Origin: Nanobdellota archaeon
Lineage (GTDB): Archaea; Nanobdellota; Nanobdellia; Nanobdellales; Nanobdellaceae
Direction: 5' to 3'
Length of the DNA stretch: 24,000 nucleotides
Assembly (NCBI GenBank): GCA_042850255.1
Contig: AP031373.1
Location: 41,313-65,312 of the forward strand
In this document: positions 23,062-24,000 of the stretch, piece by piece
How positions within the stretch are numbered: position 1 is the stretch's first letter
Layout of the letters: each line of letters starts with the position of its first letter
Position numbers and translations under genes: made by a program
Notes under the pieces: generated by a model
The model's input: the letters and a program-made list of their open reading frames with translations, nothing else
The model's database searches: none
What the model was told of the DNA's origin: nothing

Positions 23062-23173
23062 ATTTTTATCTCAATATTTTATATGACTTGCAAAAGAGGT
23101 AAAAGAAAAAGTAAAAATAACTAGTATTATTATAATCTAATAATTTTTTAATCTTTTTATTAATTTTTTAGAA

Positions 23174-24000
23174 ATGGAAAATATAATTTACCCAGATTTA
23201 TCAATAATAATATTAGGACATGTTGATCATGGAAAGACTACATTAGCAAAAGCATTAACTGGTAAATGGCTATCAAAACATTCTGAAGAAATAAAGAGAG
23301 GATTAACAATAAAATTAGGATATGCAGACTTTACAATATATAAATGCGAAGAACATGGGTATTTTACTGAAAAAATCTGTCCTATATGTAATAAAGAAAA
23401 TAAACCTATTAGGAAAATATCAATAGTAGATGCGCCAGGACATGAAAGTTTACTTATGATAATGTTAACTGGTGCTGCAATTGTAGATGCTGCAATATTA
23501 GTTATTGCTGCAAATGAACCTGTACCACAACCACAAACATTGGAACATCTAGTAGCATTTAAATATTTGGGGAATAAACCACTAATAATTGTACAAAATA
23601 AGATTGATTTAGTATCAAAGGAAGAAGCAATGGAAAATTATAAGCAAATATTAAAACTATTGGATAAATTGAATATTGATAAAAATAAAGTAAAAATAAT
23701 ACCTATTTCCGCAATAAATAACATAAATATAAAATATCTATTAGAAGAACTTGTAGATATACCAAAACCTGAAAAAGATATAAATTCTGATCCTATATTT
23801 TTAATATCAAGATCTTTTGATGTAAATAAGCCTGGAACTGATATAGAAAAATTGGTAGGAGGAATTCTTGGAGGAAGTTTATTAAAAGGAAAAATAAAGG
23901 TTGGCGATATAATTGAAATAAGACCTGGATTATTTTTAAATAATAAATGGATTCCTATAAAAACAAAAGTTGTATCGTTAAGACAAGGTGATATGGATGT
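23174..24000 (+). CDS. eif2g: Translation initiation factor aIF2 gamma subunit (partial, runs off right edge)
   Basis: The frame is open from the ATG at 23174 to the window end. Translation reads MENIIYPDLSIIILGHVDHGKTTLAKALTGKW...EIKRGLTIKLGYADF...CEEHGYFTEKICPIC...VDAPGHESL...VQNKIDLV. It shows G1-G4 GTPase motifs plus the aIF2-gamma zinc knuckle. Confidence 0.9.
   Translation, partial: MENIIYPDLSIIILGHVDHGKTTLAKALTGKWLSKHSEEIKRGLTIKLGYADFTIYKCEEHGYFTEKICPICNKENKPIRKISIVDAPGHESLLMIMLTGAAIVDAAILVIAANEPVPQPQTLEHLVAFKYLGNKPLIIVQNKIDLVSKEEAMENYKQILKLLDKLNIDKNKVKIIPISAINNINIKYLLEELVDIPKPEKDINSDPIFLISRSFDVNKPGTDIEKLVGGILGGSLLKGKIKVGDIIEIRPGLFLNNKWIPIKTKVVSLRQGDMD

Noticed and set aside
23083-23124. 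13-codon basic mini-ORF MTCKRGKRKSKNN in the cysS to aIF2-gamma spacer
   Set aside because: It is too short, and it has no recognisable similarity to small basic ribosomal proteins. It is likely a chance ORF in a promoter region.

Overview
The window looks like a very AT-rich, tightly packed archaeal chromosome segment. Five GC-rich, intron-less tRNA genes stand out sharply against the AT background, which fits a thermophile. Many genes overlap by 4-8 bp and the classical operons are scrambled. This style resembles Nanoarchaeota/DPANN-type reduced genomes, but that is inference only, since no database search was possible.

Recognisable housekeeping genes:
- Family-B DNA polymerase N-terminus (partial, at the left edge)
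- RtcB RNA ligase
- Orc1/Cdc6- or ExeA-like AAA+ ATPase with a C-terminal winged helix
- TtuA/NcsA PP-loop tRNA thiolase
- Membrane GT2 glycosyltransferase
- RpoN (Rpb10)
- YchF/Obg-type GTPase with a TGS domain
- Alba
- Ribosomal protein S17e
- Inorganic pyrophosphatase
- NOL1/NOP2/Sun m5C RNA methyltransferase
- Class-I pyridine-nucleotide disulfide oxidoreductase
- CysRS
- aIF2-gamma (partial, at the right edge)

tRNAs: Gln(UUG), initiator-Met(CAU), Arg(UCG), Leu(CAG) and Leu(GAG).

Items not explained by the ORF track:
1. A roughly 900-aa Ser/Tyr/Asn-rich beta-helix-repeat surface protein, built from about 114-bp modules, is split into two ORFs by a 10-bp tandem duplication. Two inverted tRNA-Leu genes bracket it.
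2. A full-length aldehyde:ferredoxin oxidoreductase-like protein has only one cysteine, so it cannot hold the family's Fe-S cluster.
3. A candidate C/D-box sRNA sits in the only GC-rich intergenic patch and abuts the start codon of the m5C methyltransferase.
4. cysS has no in-frame start. Its only ATG is out of frame across a (TA)5 tract.
5. An intact vapB lies next to a start-less, frameshifted vapC.
6. A free-standing HTH-LAGLIDADG endonuclease, a 442-aa orphan and an unlisted 58-aa AbrB-like ORF sit beside tRNA-iMet.
7. Related palindromes lie upstream of the Orc1/Cdc6-like gene.

No CRISPR array, rRNA gene or clear transposon was seen. All functional calls come from motif recognition by eye and need HMM or BLAST confirmation.
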